Assembly (NCBI RefSeq): GCF_006345805.1
Contig: NW_021835344.1
Span: 1-42,502 of the forward strand
DNA length: 42,502 nucleotides
Direction: 5' to 3'
From: Octopus sinensis
Taxonomy: Eukaryota
Shown: positions 13,607-28,080 of the stretch, one piece after another
Numbering within the stretch: the stretch's first letter is position 1
How the letters are laid out: every line of letters begins with the position of its first letter
Notes under the pieces: model-generated
Seen by the model: the letters and a program-made list of their open reading frames with translations, nothing else
Database searches by the model: none
What the model was told of the DNA's origin: nothing
Made by a program: the position numbers and the translations under genes

Positions 13607-13961
13607 CTATATATCTATGTGTGTAAGTTTATTATATGTATGTATCCGTCTATATAATAGGTAACTGCACGTACATATACTTAATATTTATTTTTGAGTA
13701 TGCATGTATGAATAACTGCGCGTATATATATTTACTATTTACTTATTTTTTGAGTATGCATGTTAGTATGAATATATATATGTATATATATATATATAGA
13801 TATAATATATATATATATATAATTATATGTATGTATATGTGTACATGTATGTATTGTATGTAGGTGTACATGTATGTATGTGTGTGTATTTATTTATGGG
13901 TGTATATGTATAGACTAGCCTTCTAAGAGTGTAGACATGAATCTGTAGGTACGCGTATATA

Positions 13962-13992
<31 letters not shown>

Positions 13993-15271
13993 GTACATGT
14001 ATGTATTTGTATGTAGGTGTACATGTATGTGTGTGTATTTATATTTATTGGTGTATATGTATAGACTAGCCTTCTAAGAGTGTAGACATGAATTTGTAGG
14101 TACGCGTACGTATGTGTATATACGTGAATGTATGTAGATGTATGTATGTATGAATATAACGCGTGCGTGCGTGTATGCGTATGAGTGTACGAATGAGTGA
14201 GTGTACGTGCTAAAGAGTGTGCGTGAGTGAATGAGTAATTGTTTTCAGTAGACGGATAAATGGTCTGGCTGTCATAGCCAAGATGTTTGTGACCAAGCGG
14301 CCAAAGATAACAAAAGTAATAAACGAAGATAATAAAATTAAAATTAGGGAATGGGTCTGTATTTGTATATGTATATATATATGTGTGTATGTGTAGGTAT
14401 GCATGGGTACACATATGTATATATATGTGTATATATATATATATGTGTATGTATATATATGTGTATATGTATGTGTATGTATGTATATATATATGTGTGT
14501 GTATGTGTGGGTGTATATATATGTGTATGTGTATATATGTGTATATAGGGACTTGTGTGCTGTGTGTGCATGTGTGTGTATGGATTTGTGTGTGTATGCG
14601 TGTATGTGAGTATGTGTGTGTATGTGTATATATATATTTTTCTGTGTGTATATGTATGTGTGGTCGTGTGTGTATATATACATGTGTGTATACGTGTATG
14701 CAAGTGAGTGTGTGTATGTATACATATATATGTGTATGTGTAGATATGTATATGTATGTGTGAGTGTATATATGTGTGTATGTGTAGAGGTATAAGTGAG
14801 AATCTCCTTATTACCTAAAACTCTATTCCCCCCTTTATATATATATATATATATATATAGATATATATATATATATGATATTTTTTTTATTTTTTATTTT
14901 TATTATTTTTTATTTTTTATTTTTTTATATTTTTTTTATTTTCTATTTTTTATTTTTATTTTTTATTTTTTTTTAGTTTTTATTTTTTATTTATTCTCCT
15001 ATCTAATTTTACACTGACTCCTTGACCACTCCCCCAAGTATGATTTTTTGCGCTATGCCTACCCCCAAAAAAGTCCCCCACCAACACCCCTTTAAACCTG
15101 CCTAAATGTATAAATGCCAATACAATTCTTGTTAACTAGCTTCCTGAAGATTTCTCTTGAATGAAACAGTTCTAGTCCTGTAGAAGCTCCTTCTATATAA
15201 TAAATTAATTTTACTCTGCTATGTATTGAGTACCTTATTTACTGTGGTTAACCCCGAATCAACCCGGGACC

Positions 15272-15308
<37 letters not shown>

Positions 15309-18300
15309 TTATCATTCCCTTTCTTCCTGTCGCTCTCTTCGTGTATCGGCTATCAATGCCTGCACATGGATGATTGGTTCCATACATCGTTAGGACCTTT
15401 CTTGACTTCCTGTCCAACTCCTTTAGCTTCTCCTCTGTCCACTTCAGTTTTCCAGCGTCATTCCGAACTACTGCGACTGCGTGCGAGTTTATCGCCGAAA
15501 TTATGTTCCAGGCATTCAGCTTTCAAACCAATATTTTGATCACTCGCCAAAAGTGCTCTCTTTTATTCTTTTCCTTCATGTCGTGGTGTTTGATTCCATC
15601 TGTGATCTGTGAGTGTGTGTGTGTGTTAGAGAGAGAGAGAGCGGGGGAGAGGGAGAGAGGGAGAGAGAGCATTGCAAATAGTATACACACATCAAAATAT
15701 TTTCCCGTATATTAATTACTATAAAATGTTCTTATTAACTATCAATTTGTAATAAACTTGTTAGTGTTATATTAGACAATAAATAACACTTACCAATGAA
15801 ATCATTCTTGTTACATAAGTGTCCGACGCAACAACCAGTACAAGACGTGCCATTCGTCCGTTTATTGCATGTAAGGGTATTGTTTCTCATAGCTTCAACA
15901 CATTTTCTGTATGTGCTGCAGGACCTTTCAGTCTTCAGTTTAGCACCGTTCATTGATATTGCGAATCGGCATACAGGCTGTAATAATAGATATGAAAATT
16001 ATACACTACAACAACAATATTTATTAGGACGATTACTGCTAATTACAGCAACAACAACAGAAACAACACCACTGGGGATGTTTACCATGCAAGTAAGTTT
16101 AATCATTGCTTTAAAATACCAAAAGCAATAAATGAAACCGTAAAAGAGTTGCCGAATTGTTGAAAGTTAACAGCATAAGTAAAATTCCGTAAAAGTTATT
16201 GCTATTTAGTTTAAAAATCATGTTTTAATGCTTACAGTGTCCAAACTCTCGGATCACAAGGAGATATGGCCATCGATCACGGTCTTTAGCAAAACCGCAT
16301 CGCACTGTCACCCGTCACCAAACTTAAAATAGGTCAAATTATCCCAATAAAGATGTATCAGTTCTCTAAAATTTCTTCTTACTGGAGGAATGCTCAAGAG
16401 GAATTTTTCATATAAAATTTACGGAAAATCATGCGTACAAAACTCACCAACAAGAGTAACTAATATGCCTATACCCAAAGATGAAAATGAAATATAATTG
16501 TCAGATTGAACTCCTCAGTCCAAGCAAATAAAACAGAAAATACATAAAACGAACACAAGAGAAACTTCGTTTTATTTTGCAAGTATATTTTATATGAAAA
16601 CACGGTATATTAGTATAAAATTTGGAGAGAAAACAACCAAGGTCTTGTTAACTTAATAAGGGACATTCTGAAAGCGAAAAATATCAGAAATGAAGAATAT
16701 TTAAAGAAAAGAATCCATCACGAAAACGCAATTAATAATCGCAAACACCTAACAATAATAAAAGCAATGAAAATGTAGACATTGAAGTTAGAAATAAGAT
16801 TTGCATTGCCTTAGTTTGAAATTGAAACTCGTTTCTTCCAATGTTGGAAAAGTTTTAGAAAGAAAATTGGATCTCCCAAACTGAGTGAGGATGTCATGAA
16901 AAAATAACCAATGATAGTGTCCGAAGGCTGGCGTCTTCAAAAGAGCCAATGGAGTCTGTGATTGCAAATGAATGAATCATTACATAAGCTAACTCAGCTT
17001 CAAGAAAACAGAAAGGTCTGAGATCAGAACAGACAATGAAACAGGCAACAGATTGCAGCCATGCTCTTATGTCACGCTCTATTCTCCTATATTCTCGTAG
17101 ATCAGTTAATGTGAAGCATTGATCTGTGTCATTACCGGTGTCTTTTATTGTTTCTCTTGTGTTTCTTTCACCAATGTACAACTGTGTATTCAGAGATATG
17201 CCTGGCAATTTTAATTTGTGTTTTAGCTGCGTTTAATCGTATAGCTTTCACCTATTCCTGTTGAAATAATATGACCCCCATCCGTTATGTTCTGTGAAGC
17301 TTATTGTACTTCTTGATGTGAGGGCAGATTTAATCTGTTTCGAACATTTTATAATCTTGTCTATCAAACAACCACTTTTGCTATGGCCAACAGACGAAGG
17401 AGACGGTCATTTACTTCTTAACTTTTTCCTTAATCCGCTCCCTTTAATCTCTGCAAGATGGTAGGGCCACATCCAACATGCAGTTATCCCCTCTAAGGTT
17501 AGTGGCCCGAGGTCATTCGACAAGGAATCTTAATCCCAAGTTGACTTCTGGCCACATACATTCATACATCCTACTCTAAGGACAGCCATGTTTGTCGGAG
17601 AAAGTCACTCTAAGTTCGTGTGTTCGTTCTTGAATAGGGATTCCTGGACAGGGTAGAACGTTGCGTCCTTGAACAAGGCACTTCATTTCACTTTGTCCCA
17701 GTCTAATCAAGTGAAATGTGTCCCAACCTAGTGATGTTCATCTATTTCTCTCTTCAATCGTCACATCCTTCTCGTCCCATTGAGTCATGAATAAGAAGAT
17801 CGACAGGGTGTATGTATGTCTACGCAGGCGCATAAAAAAACTAGCGAAAGCATAGTACAATCTATGTGGACTTAATGGCTTTCGAGTGACGGTTGTGGAT
17901 ATATTTTAACGAAAAGGAAGAAAGTAATATTCCAGTTTACCTCTGTTCCTGGACAGCTTGTCACTTCATTGCATATGATTCCTGAACTTGTTTGACACTG
18001 TAAATTCCGTTGAAATAACGAGTAATCTACAGAATACAAGTAAATATCTGTATTTATGAACCAAATAATGCAATGCATAGCAATAACAAGAAATATTTTC
18101 TTCAGATGTAAAAACAAATGTATGCGTGTTAGTATTGAAATCAATACATGTTAGACATATAAAGCAAATTATTAACAAAGACTATAAACCTATTTTCATG
18201 TTCATTCGGAAACGTTTCAATAATGTCACAAATTCAACTGAGAGAAGCATGAAAGCCACTTGTTGTCCTTTTAGTATTCTGATGTAACAAACACGTGAAA

Positions 18301-18646
18301 ATCGTTGAACAAGTCAAATAAAGGGATTAAATTTGTAAGTTGCAACCATTGATGCAGTGGAAACTCCCTAATGAAACCTGAGAATCTCATTTAAGTTATG
18401 CTGCAATGTCATATAGTATGTGAAGAAGGCCATAATATGTGAAGTGAGCAAAACAATATTTGGATAAACAATAAAAATTATGATCACTAATATTGTGCTT
18501 TTTCCAATATACACACATGTATGTATGTATGTATGTATGTATGTATGTATGTATGTGTGTATGTAAGTATGTATGTATGCATGTATGTATGTATGCATGT
18601 ATGAATGTATGTATGTATGTAGGTAAGTATTATGTATGTATGTATG

Positions 18647-18678
<32 letters not shown>

Positions 18679-21600
18679 GGTTTTAGTTGCCAATCCTGTA
18701 AAATACATTGTAGATATTTAGCTGGGCTAAAAAGTCACATTCGATCACAGCACCAGTAACAGTTAAGCTTCGTGCAATGGCCATACTCGGTAACAAGGGG
18801 GCAGCCATAATAATACATGTATGTATTATGTATGTATGTATGTCATTATTCACTGTTATTTCAAGATTTGTTGGCAATAGAGAAGGAGAGAGTTTCTATC
18901 CTACACCTACGGCTCCTTCATTGGAATTTCAACAACATCAATATTGCCATCATCTCGGAACTTTCTACCAACATATCCATGCATAGTCTTCTGTTCATAG
19001 ATACTCATCCGTTCATCTAATGATACGTTGCGGTAGAGTCGTGCGACATCTTTGAGCATGTATTCTGTTATCAGATAAGGAATGTTGCTCAAGGAGCTGC
19101 CTTCCAAGTCATATGAATTATGCAAACTTGGTCAAAGGATGCACTTTGACATTTGTGGTTATAAGATGTTACCGAAAGGATATGATACGACATTCAAAGA
19201 CATTTTGCATCGATGTTAAGCCCCTGCCACCTTGTTTTCGTTTTAAGGAGAGGGGGTCTACTTCACCGTTTATGTGGAAATTATGTGTACTTGTCAGTAT
19301 TTTCCGGGATTTCACATAAACAGCTCGGATCTCATCAAGTGTCCAATAAAACAACCCAAATGTCATCAAGTGTCCAATAAAACAGCCCAAATGTCAGCAA
19401 ACACGTTGTGGGCCAATGTTTTATTGAATGCATAGATTTCTGAGGTCGAAATTTTATTTATTCAGCTGTAATGTTCTTTGTTTATACTTTAATGACACCT
19501 GTAAGTTAATGGTACCTGTAAAAAAGCACTTGTTTTGTTACAGGTGCTGTTATGAGATATATTTTCATCCACCCCTAGATATCTGTAACATTCCTCTTCA
19601 GATATAGGGGAAACTGTCAGGTCATTGATGGTGATGTTGCGAGTCTGGTTTACATTTTTCGCCCTTTTCACAACCATATAACATTTATCCTGAACAAACG
19701 CCAACCCCACATTTTTTGAGAATGTTGTAACTTGGTCAAAGCTCTTTTTCATCTCATCCATATTCTTTGCATAAAGTTTTTAAGTCATCCACAAAGAAAC
19801 AGCGTTCAATTTTGTAATTTCTGTTTCCTTTTGAACCAATGAGATATCCTTAACATGAATGACATGAGGTTTACAGAAAGTATAAACAACATCATAACGA
19901 GGTTGTCCCCTTGGAATATGCCTTTGCGATATTGTATTCTGTCAGTGATAATAGTCACTCTTTGTGTTTAATTTCATGATGGTGGCCCACAATGGAATCA
20001 GGTCAGCTATGGCTTTGATTATGGCTCACTGAAAATTTAGAAAGCTGAAGGGCTTCTAGCATCCATGAGTATGTATGTATGTACGTACGTACGTACGTAC
20101 GTATGTATGTATGTATTATGTATGTATGTATGTACGTATGCATGTATATATGTATGTATGTATGTATGTACGTATGTATGTATGTATGTATGTATGTATG
20201 TATGTATGTATGTATGTATGTGCGTATGTACATACATATACATACTGACTCATATATTTTCTCGAGTGATGTGCTTAATCGGACTCCATTTTAAGTCTGT
20301 CATTTGGAACCTTCGCTGTTTATGCCGGATTCTTCTCTGTTGTAAACAATCAAGGCAGGTCTTTGGTTTCAGGATATCTTCCTACTTTCCCCCAACCAAT
20401 CACAGCAGCCTTCTGAATGATCATGAGCATTGACTGTCTTCCTGGCTAAGCGCTAAATATATACTTTACCTCTCTACTTCGTTTTCTTCCTCTCTCTCCT
20501 CCGCAGCATCACTCTTACCAACCCACATCCTCACATTATTTGTCCCTCCGCCCACATTTACACTTTATACACACTTCACACGCTAGACCACAGTTTCTAC
20601 CTACACATCTCACTTCGGTAGCACAGTTACTCTCTGCACACTTTATTACACACAAAGACAAACACACACACACACACACACACACATACACACAACTTTG
20701 TCCCATTGGATATTCTACATTTGACACACACATACAGATGCATACACACTCGTACATAGGACTCAGACATATTCCCGCACACTCACTCTTCAAACACATA
20801 CACACACTCATACACACATACCCATACTCACAAGTGCTGCCCTCATACATTCACTTTTGCACCCAATGTTTTGCTTTGTATCTCTAAACCACTCACTTCT
20901 CTCCCCCTCCTCCTCCTCCCTTTTCCTCCCGCTACTGCTTGGCTCCTACTAACTGCAACAGTTTACCTCCCCTATACGCACACATACCGCACCCTTCTTC
21001 TCTCACTTTCCATTCGTGTTCACTCTTCTTCGCATAAAACCACTTTTCTTCTTTTCTCCTTTCGTCAGCCATTTTCTGTCTCTCACTTAACCCTTGTGTA
21101 CCAACCCTTTGCTTGTACCGTCTACATTATTTGACCTTCATGAAGTGTGCCATCTTTTTCAGACAATTTACATTACTGAATGTTTTGCCTGCATTTTGCC
21201 CTTTCTTGTCTTGGTATTTGGTCTTCTGAAGCAGCTTTTCTCTCTTATTCGATTTTTATCCTATAGATTCTACTGCAACTGTCCATGTCACGTCTTGCTG
21301 ACTTTACAGTGTTCCCAGAGCATTGAACAGCAGTGATGGTGTCTGAATTGTGGTAACCGTCATGAATTATCATGAATACAGGTTTCTCTCTTCCAATATT
21401 TAGATGGCTTTCAAGGCGGCAAGCTGGCAGAAACGTTAACACACCGGGCGCAAAGCTTAGCAGTATTTCGTCTGTTTTTTCACGTTCTGTGTTCAAATTC
21501 CACAGAGGTCGACTTTGCTTTTATCCTTTCGGGGTAGCAGTTGCGTACTGGGGTCGATCCAATCGACTGGCCCTCTCCCCACCAAATTTCATGCCTTGTG

Positions 21601-22665
21601 CCTAGAGTAGCAAAGAATATTTAGATGGCTTCCAGTCCGCCATATCAGCTTTTTTCTCAGCTACAACTTTATGCTCTCTAACGCCTTTGCTTACCAATAC
21701 ACTACGTTTTCCTTAATATAATGGGACATAAAATCGTTATATTTAATACCGACACTCTGTATATCCATCCATCTACCATCTTCAACGCTCATTATTCCTG
21801 GGAGGGTCATGAGGACATCCGGTGCCTCAGGTACCTCCTGCATAGGGTACTATCAGAGGCAACTGCCAATACGCATACTGATTGAATTCTCAAGCATGAC
21901 CAAATGAGGCTATGGATATTTTCTAGCCATCTCTTTTTGGTCTACCTCTACATTCCCTGCTTTTTTGCATCATTTTAAAGAATCGATCTTGCGATTTTGT
22001 CATGTGACATCCTAATCGCATGTCCGCATTACCGGAAATGTAGTGGCACAATACGGAAAAGTACCGACCTGATCTGGAGAGACTCCCTCATCTCCAAGGT
22101 ACACACTGTGTCGAGTAAAGCTACTCCAGTCTTTTCGGAGGAATCCCATTTCGGCCGCTTCTGTTTGAGATCAGACTCTTTCAGTCGTTAGCCAATATTC
22201 ATGACAACAGATGAGAATGGGCACGAAACCCAAACTGAAGATAGTGTGTTTGGCTTTGTAACCAAGTTGTCCTCTTCTGGGGATCGAATACTGGAACATT
22301 TCTTTTTATCTCGGGAGGGTCATTAAGCCAATAAAAAACACACGTACTGGTTTTATTTCACTTCATTATTCGTCACTTTGTTAACAATTTGTTAACGAAT
22401 TAACTAAATGAATGTTTGATTAACCGTTTGGTTAACCTATCAACCAGTTATGGTTGTTAGCGACATTTTGTTGTCAATCGTGACCGCTTCGATGACTTGT
22501 TTTTGTTCTATACTTATGTAGTTATGAGAGAGAGTGTACGTGAGAGAGAGGGTTAGAGAGTATGTCTGTGTGCATATGTGTGTGTACATGTGAGCGTACA
22601 TTCATGTGTGCGCTGTTGTGAATGTTTGCGTATGTATGTTTGTGTATGTCTGTGTGCGCGCGCGC

Positions 22666-22710
<45 letters not shown>

Positions 22711-23679
22711 TGATGGTTTGTGTGATACAGTTGAATCTATAAGTTCGTTGGAGAGAAGATGTGAATGTAAAGCGTGCGAATGGTAAAACGTTTATTCCTC
22801 ATATCTTTATCTATAGTTTCCCTTTCATAAGACATGATATCGCAAGCTTCAGAGAATAACCCGGATTTTATTAGTATTAATAATAAAAGAAAAAACGAAA
22901 CGAGAATTTTACTTACTTTGACATTGCGAATAATCCAGTATAGGTATTCGTTTCCCTGAGCCTTCCTGACACGTGCCAAAAACAGCAACAGTTCTGTTAT
23001 AGACTTCTTTAATATACTTAACGAAGGCTGGCAAGTGACATCCACACCTCTTAAGGTTATTGTTTCGAGGTTACTGTAATAATAAAGAGAACTCTGAATG
23101 CGTTTCAGATCAACAGAGAAATTCCTATGTGATTTGACAAGAAACAAAGATTATAAAATTTGAGCAGGTTTATAAACGCTATGACATTCATTTTTCTAAG
23201 TGTTGTTAATAACATCAATATTGCGAAATGGTTTCTAGTAGAAAGTGGAAGCACTAAGGTTCTATTCTCTTTTAGCTTAGATATTGAATAATAAGGTACC
23301 TTTAAATAAGATTACTAGCCACTTGAAACGATTCTATTTTATTGTAGTTTAGGGACATTTTAGTGTCGGGAATTTGGTGGTAGGGATCTTGCGCCGCTCT
23401 GTCTGAGAAAACTCGTTTAGATGGGCGGTTTTGGCGCTAAGAAGGACATGTTTATTCTATGTAGCAACTGGTTTTAAAACTAGAGACAGATTTCAGTGTT
23501 GTACAATTTATTGCTTGAGCGGCACAGACATGTATAGTAATACTCCTAATTAAGAAAGGGGAAATTAATATTCATTTTTGGTATATCAATTTGAATATTT
23601 TCAGTGTTTTTCAAAAAAGAGCAACAGCAAGAACAATAGCAACAACAACACAAATACAACAACAACAACAATAATGATG

Positions 23680-23771
<92 letters not shown>

Positions 23772-26528
23772 TAAACAACCATGACTATTTGAAGTGAGAA
23801 ATAGAAGGTTGTTGACAATGAAGAGAGTAGAGGTGATACCAGTAGTAATTGGTACATTTGGAAGTATTAGCACTCAACTACCAGCATGACTGAAAACAAT
23901 TGGTACAAGTGTGAAGGTAGAACACCTAAAAGAAATCAGTATTGCTTGGAACGCAAGAATTCTTCGTAGGGTTCTTGAAGTATAAACAGTAAACAAGTAA
24001 CACTTTCCATCAAACCCAGAAAAGTAAGCTGTGAGTTTTCATATGATGATAATGATGATGATGATGATGATGATTATGATGATGATGATGATGATGATGG
24101 TGATGATAATGATGATGATGATGATTATGATGGTGATGATTATGATGATGATGGTGATGATGATGATGATGGTGATGATAATGATGATGATGATGATTAT
24201 GATGGTGATGATTATGATGATGGTGATGATTATGATGGTGATGATTATGATGATGATGGTGGTGATGATGATGATGGTGATGATGATGATGATGGTGATG
24301 ATAATGATGATGATGATGATTATGATGGTGATGATTATGATGATGATGATTATGATGATGATGATGGTGATGATAATGATGATGATGATGATTATGGTGA
24401 TGATTATGATGATGGTGATGATAATGATGATGATGATGATGATGATGATGATTATGATGATGATGATGATGATTATGATGGTGATGATAATGATGATGAT
24501 GATTATGATGGTGATGATTATGATGATGATGATGATGATGATGATTATGATGATGATGGTGATGATGATGATGATGGTGATGATAATGATGATGATGATG
24601 ATTATGATGGTGATGATTATGATGATGGTGATGATTATGATGATGATGGTGGTGATGATGATGATGGTGATGATAATGATGATGATGATGATGATGATGG
24701 TGATGATTATGATGATGGTGATGATAATGATGATGATGATGATGATGATGGTGGATGATGGTGATGAGGAGGAGGAGGAGGGGGAGGAGGCGGAAGAGTA
24801 GGATTATCCAAAGTGCTTAGGAGAAGAGAAAAGAATACATTCTTTAAATGAGAATGCATGGACAGTTTGAAAGGAATAAATAGGACGTTAAGGATAATAC
24901 AGCATCGTGGGCATGGCTTGAGCGAGGTGATTTGAAGCGTACCACTGAAAGCCTGATCATTGTTGCATAAGACCAGGCTCTCCCGGCCTCATTGGTCTGT
25001 CTTATTCGCTGTGTATTGACCAAAACAAAATAATCCATTGATGAGGAGGTCATCCGATAATCCCTAAAGCCAAAAACCTCTCAGTTCAATTGTCTTATGT
25101 CTGATTAGAAATTAGAGGGAAAATAAATAAAAGAAGGTTTAACCTTCTCATTTGACCCTTCACATGCAATCATAGACATCTTCATACACATTCAAGCATG
25201 AATATGGTAGTAGAAAGTAAAGTTAGAGTTACAGAGAGAGAGAGAGAGAGAGAGATGGGGGTATGAATGTAAGCCATTGCCACCACTCTGTACTACATAC
25301 TGCAGTAGATTTATTAGAGAGGAGAAATGAGAAAATGATAATTGAAAATAACAGATACCAAATAAAATTAGGTAGGATGTGGTTAGAGAATCTTTAAATG
25401 ATATTCTAGATATAGTTTTGAATCATAAGACAAAAATGATATAATAAAATGTATTGGGCAAACAGATTATATACAGCTGTCAGAGGAGAAAGAGATGACA
25501 TACAATATATAAATGGCATACTAGATTTAGAGGATATACTAGCTATAGATGATATACTAGATATAGATTATATACTAGATATAGATGATATTCTATGATA
25601 GATTTTGATGATATGTTTGAAGAGATGACATACAAGATATGGATAAATCTACTAAATGTAGCTAACCTGCAATATAGAGAGGATATACACTATATAAATG
25701 GCATACTAGATTTAGAGGATATACTAGATATATATTATATACTAGATATAGATGATATGCTATGATATATTTAGATGATATGTTTGAAGAGATGACATAC
25801 AAGATATGGATAAATCTACTAAATGTAGCTAACCTGCAATATAGAGAGGATATACACTATATAAATGGCATACTAGATTTAGAGGATATACTAGATATAT
25901 ATTATATACTAGATATAGATGATATGCTATGATATATTTAGATGATATGTTTGAAGAGATGACATACAAGATATGGATAAATCTACTATATGTAGCTAAC
26001 CTGCAATATAGAGATTACCAGCTACAAGATATAAGTGACATACGAGCTATTGTTGTCAAACGGTATTGTCATATAAGTGTTGTGGCGAAAGTTGATAGGT
26101 TTTGCGAAGCTGCGAAATATTGCTGAGTAAAATACCAGTTATATTTGACATGAGAGATTTAGCTTTATAAGCATTCTAAATATAACTGGAAATTATAGCA
26201 GATATATCTAAAATTGTAGGTATTGGAAATATTTTCTCCTCGGCACTTCCTTTATTGAATATGATTTTCAGAAGAGAATATTCTGAACCTTTTAGGAATT
26301 TTGCTACATCGTAATGCAATTCTATAATGTTCTGATAAATACAATTTTGAAATAGATCTGCTTGTTTACCTCCCAACCTCTAATACTGCGCAAACGTTGT
26401 TAGTTTTACTACTATTTATCTCCCTTAAAAGGTTCTCCATTCCAAGCAGTGTGGTTAAGCTTTAATAGGGATAGGATTGTGTTAAATTTCCCTCTCTTTC
26501 TTTACCTCTCCACACACACGTGTATATA

Positions 26529-26582
<54 letters not shown>

Positions 26583-28006
26583 TGTGTGTGTAAATATATA
26601 TATATATATATATATATAACACAGAAGAATGGAGATATCATACATATTGAACCATCCCGTTTCTGTCAGATTGGCAAATCACAAAATCTTGCGATATAGT
26701 AATACTGCGTATTAATCGACCCAACAGTTACAGGGTGTTCTCTTTTCATGTTCTGAGTTCAAAATTTCGAGGACGATTTTACCTTTCATGTTTTTGGGGT
26801 CGATGAATTAAGTACCAGCCGAGCACTACGGTGGATGTAATCGACAAACCCCCAGCCACAAAATTGCAGGCATTGTGCTTATCGTAGAAAGAATATTTTA
26901 GCCCCTTGATTACCAAATTACCAAATGGCTTCGTGGTAGAAATACAGAGGCAATTACAGCAATCATCAGAAATATTTGAATGGAATTTTTGTGGATCTTC
27001 TTCCCTCTGATAACTCCGTTGTCATAAGGATATAATAAGTAATAACAATATATATATGTGTGTGTGTGTATGCTTATATATGCACATACGCATACACACA
27101 CAGGAAAATTTATATATGTGTGAAAGAAGGTTTGTATGTAGGCCACTCTCTCGACTCCAGTTAATTATGTGTATTTATAAACATGGGGTAAACTAGATCA
27201 AATCAACCTTCTGATATTTGAACATAAACTTTTCGATAATAAAACACAGTGCTCGGAAATCATGTTGATCCACTGAAATTTAAATCAAATCATTGTTGTT
27301 TATTACCAACAACATTTAACGAGGAATTGAGAATTTTATGACCTCATTTTATTATTTTTATTTTCTTATAACCAAAAAGAACTTGTTTGCTTACATTGTA
27401 GCTATGCTGGGAAGGAATAAGAAAGCGCCATCTTCATATTTTTCTATTGGGTTGTTATGCAAATATCTGAAAAAGAGACAAATATTACACACTTTAAAAT
27501 AAGTAAAAGTAAATAAATATGTTTTTCCTGTTCAGTACTAAATTGCGTTTCAGTCAACATTAACAGGGTAAATGCTGATATTACACACTATATTGTTTAT
27601 TTCTCTTTATAGTTCTCTGGGAAGTGTTGTTTGAACAAGAATAGGTTCCTTCAATCTAACTTAATTATCCTAAGTGAAAACCTGATAACAAAACAGCAAA
27701 AGATGGAAGGGAATAAAATACAAAAATAAAAACAATAATAAGGAGACTTTCTTATGTGCACAATATGGGTTTTAGTCAATATTCTCATCTATAGTAGAAA
27801 TATCATTCTCTATACATGCAAGGTTCTGTGGCAGGAAAGTTACTTCTCACATCAATGGATTCTTTAGTCCAACTGTGTGGCACCTTGGACAAATAACATT
27901 TACTATAACCTTGGGTCAACTAAGCGTTGTGAGTAAATTTGCTGCAGGAAACTGTGTGGATTCCCTTCGTATATATATAAATATATATATATACATATAT
28001 ATATAC

Positions 28007-28080
<74 letters not shown>

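Noticed and set aside
13910-14108. Duplicated cttctaagagtgtagacatgaa island as a decayed hammerhead of the 12066 Penelope element
   Set aside because: Several core mismatches; too speculative without a family consensus.
14221-14350. Hydrophobic stretch [19 protein letters not shown] as a transmembrane or GPI exon after the LU domain
   Set aside because: Not in the phase required by the upstream exon; the 11557-11639 exon fits exactly instead.
18700-18800. Minus-strand Cys-rich peptide [25 protein letters not shown] resembling an extra LU exon
   Set aside because: Ends in a stop, lacks splice sites, and is the antisense of an RTE-like zinc-finger terminus.
21150-21360. Possible decayed LINE C-terminus (LFNAL...) on the minus strand
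   Set aside because: Only a few residues match and stops are frequent; not enough to annotate.
22737-23147. 136-aa ORF listed in the ORF track
   Set aside because: Wrong frame for most of its length; the LRR-CT (CGCHLP...) is in another frame of the same region.
24031-24801. 256-aa poly-Met ORF
   Set aside because: Translation of a (GAT)n microsatellite; no splice or coding support.
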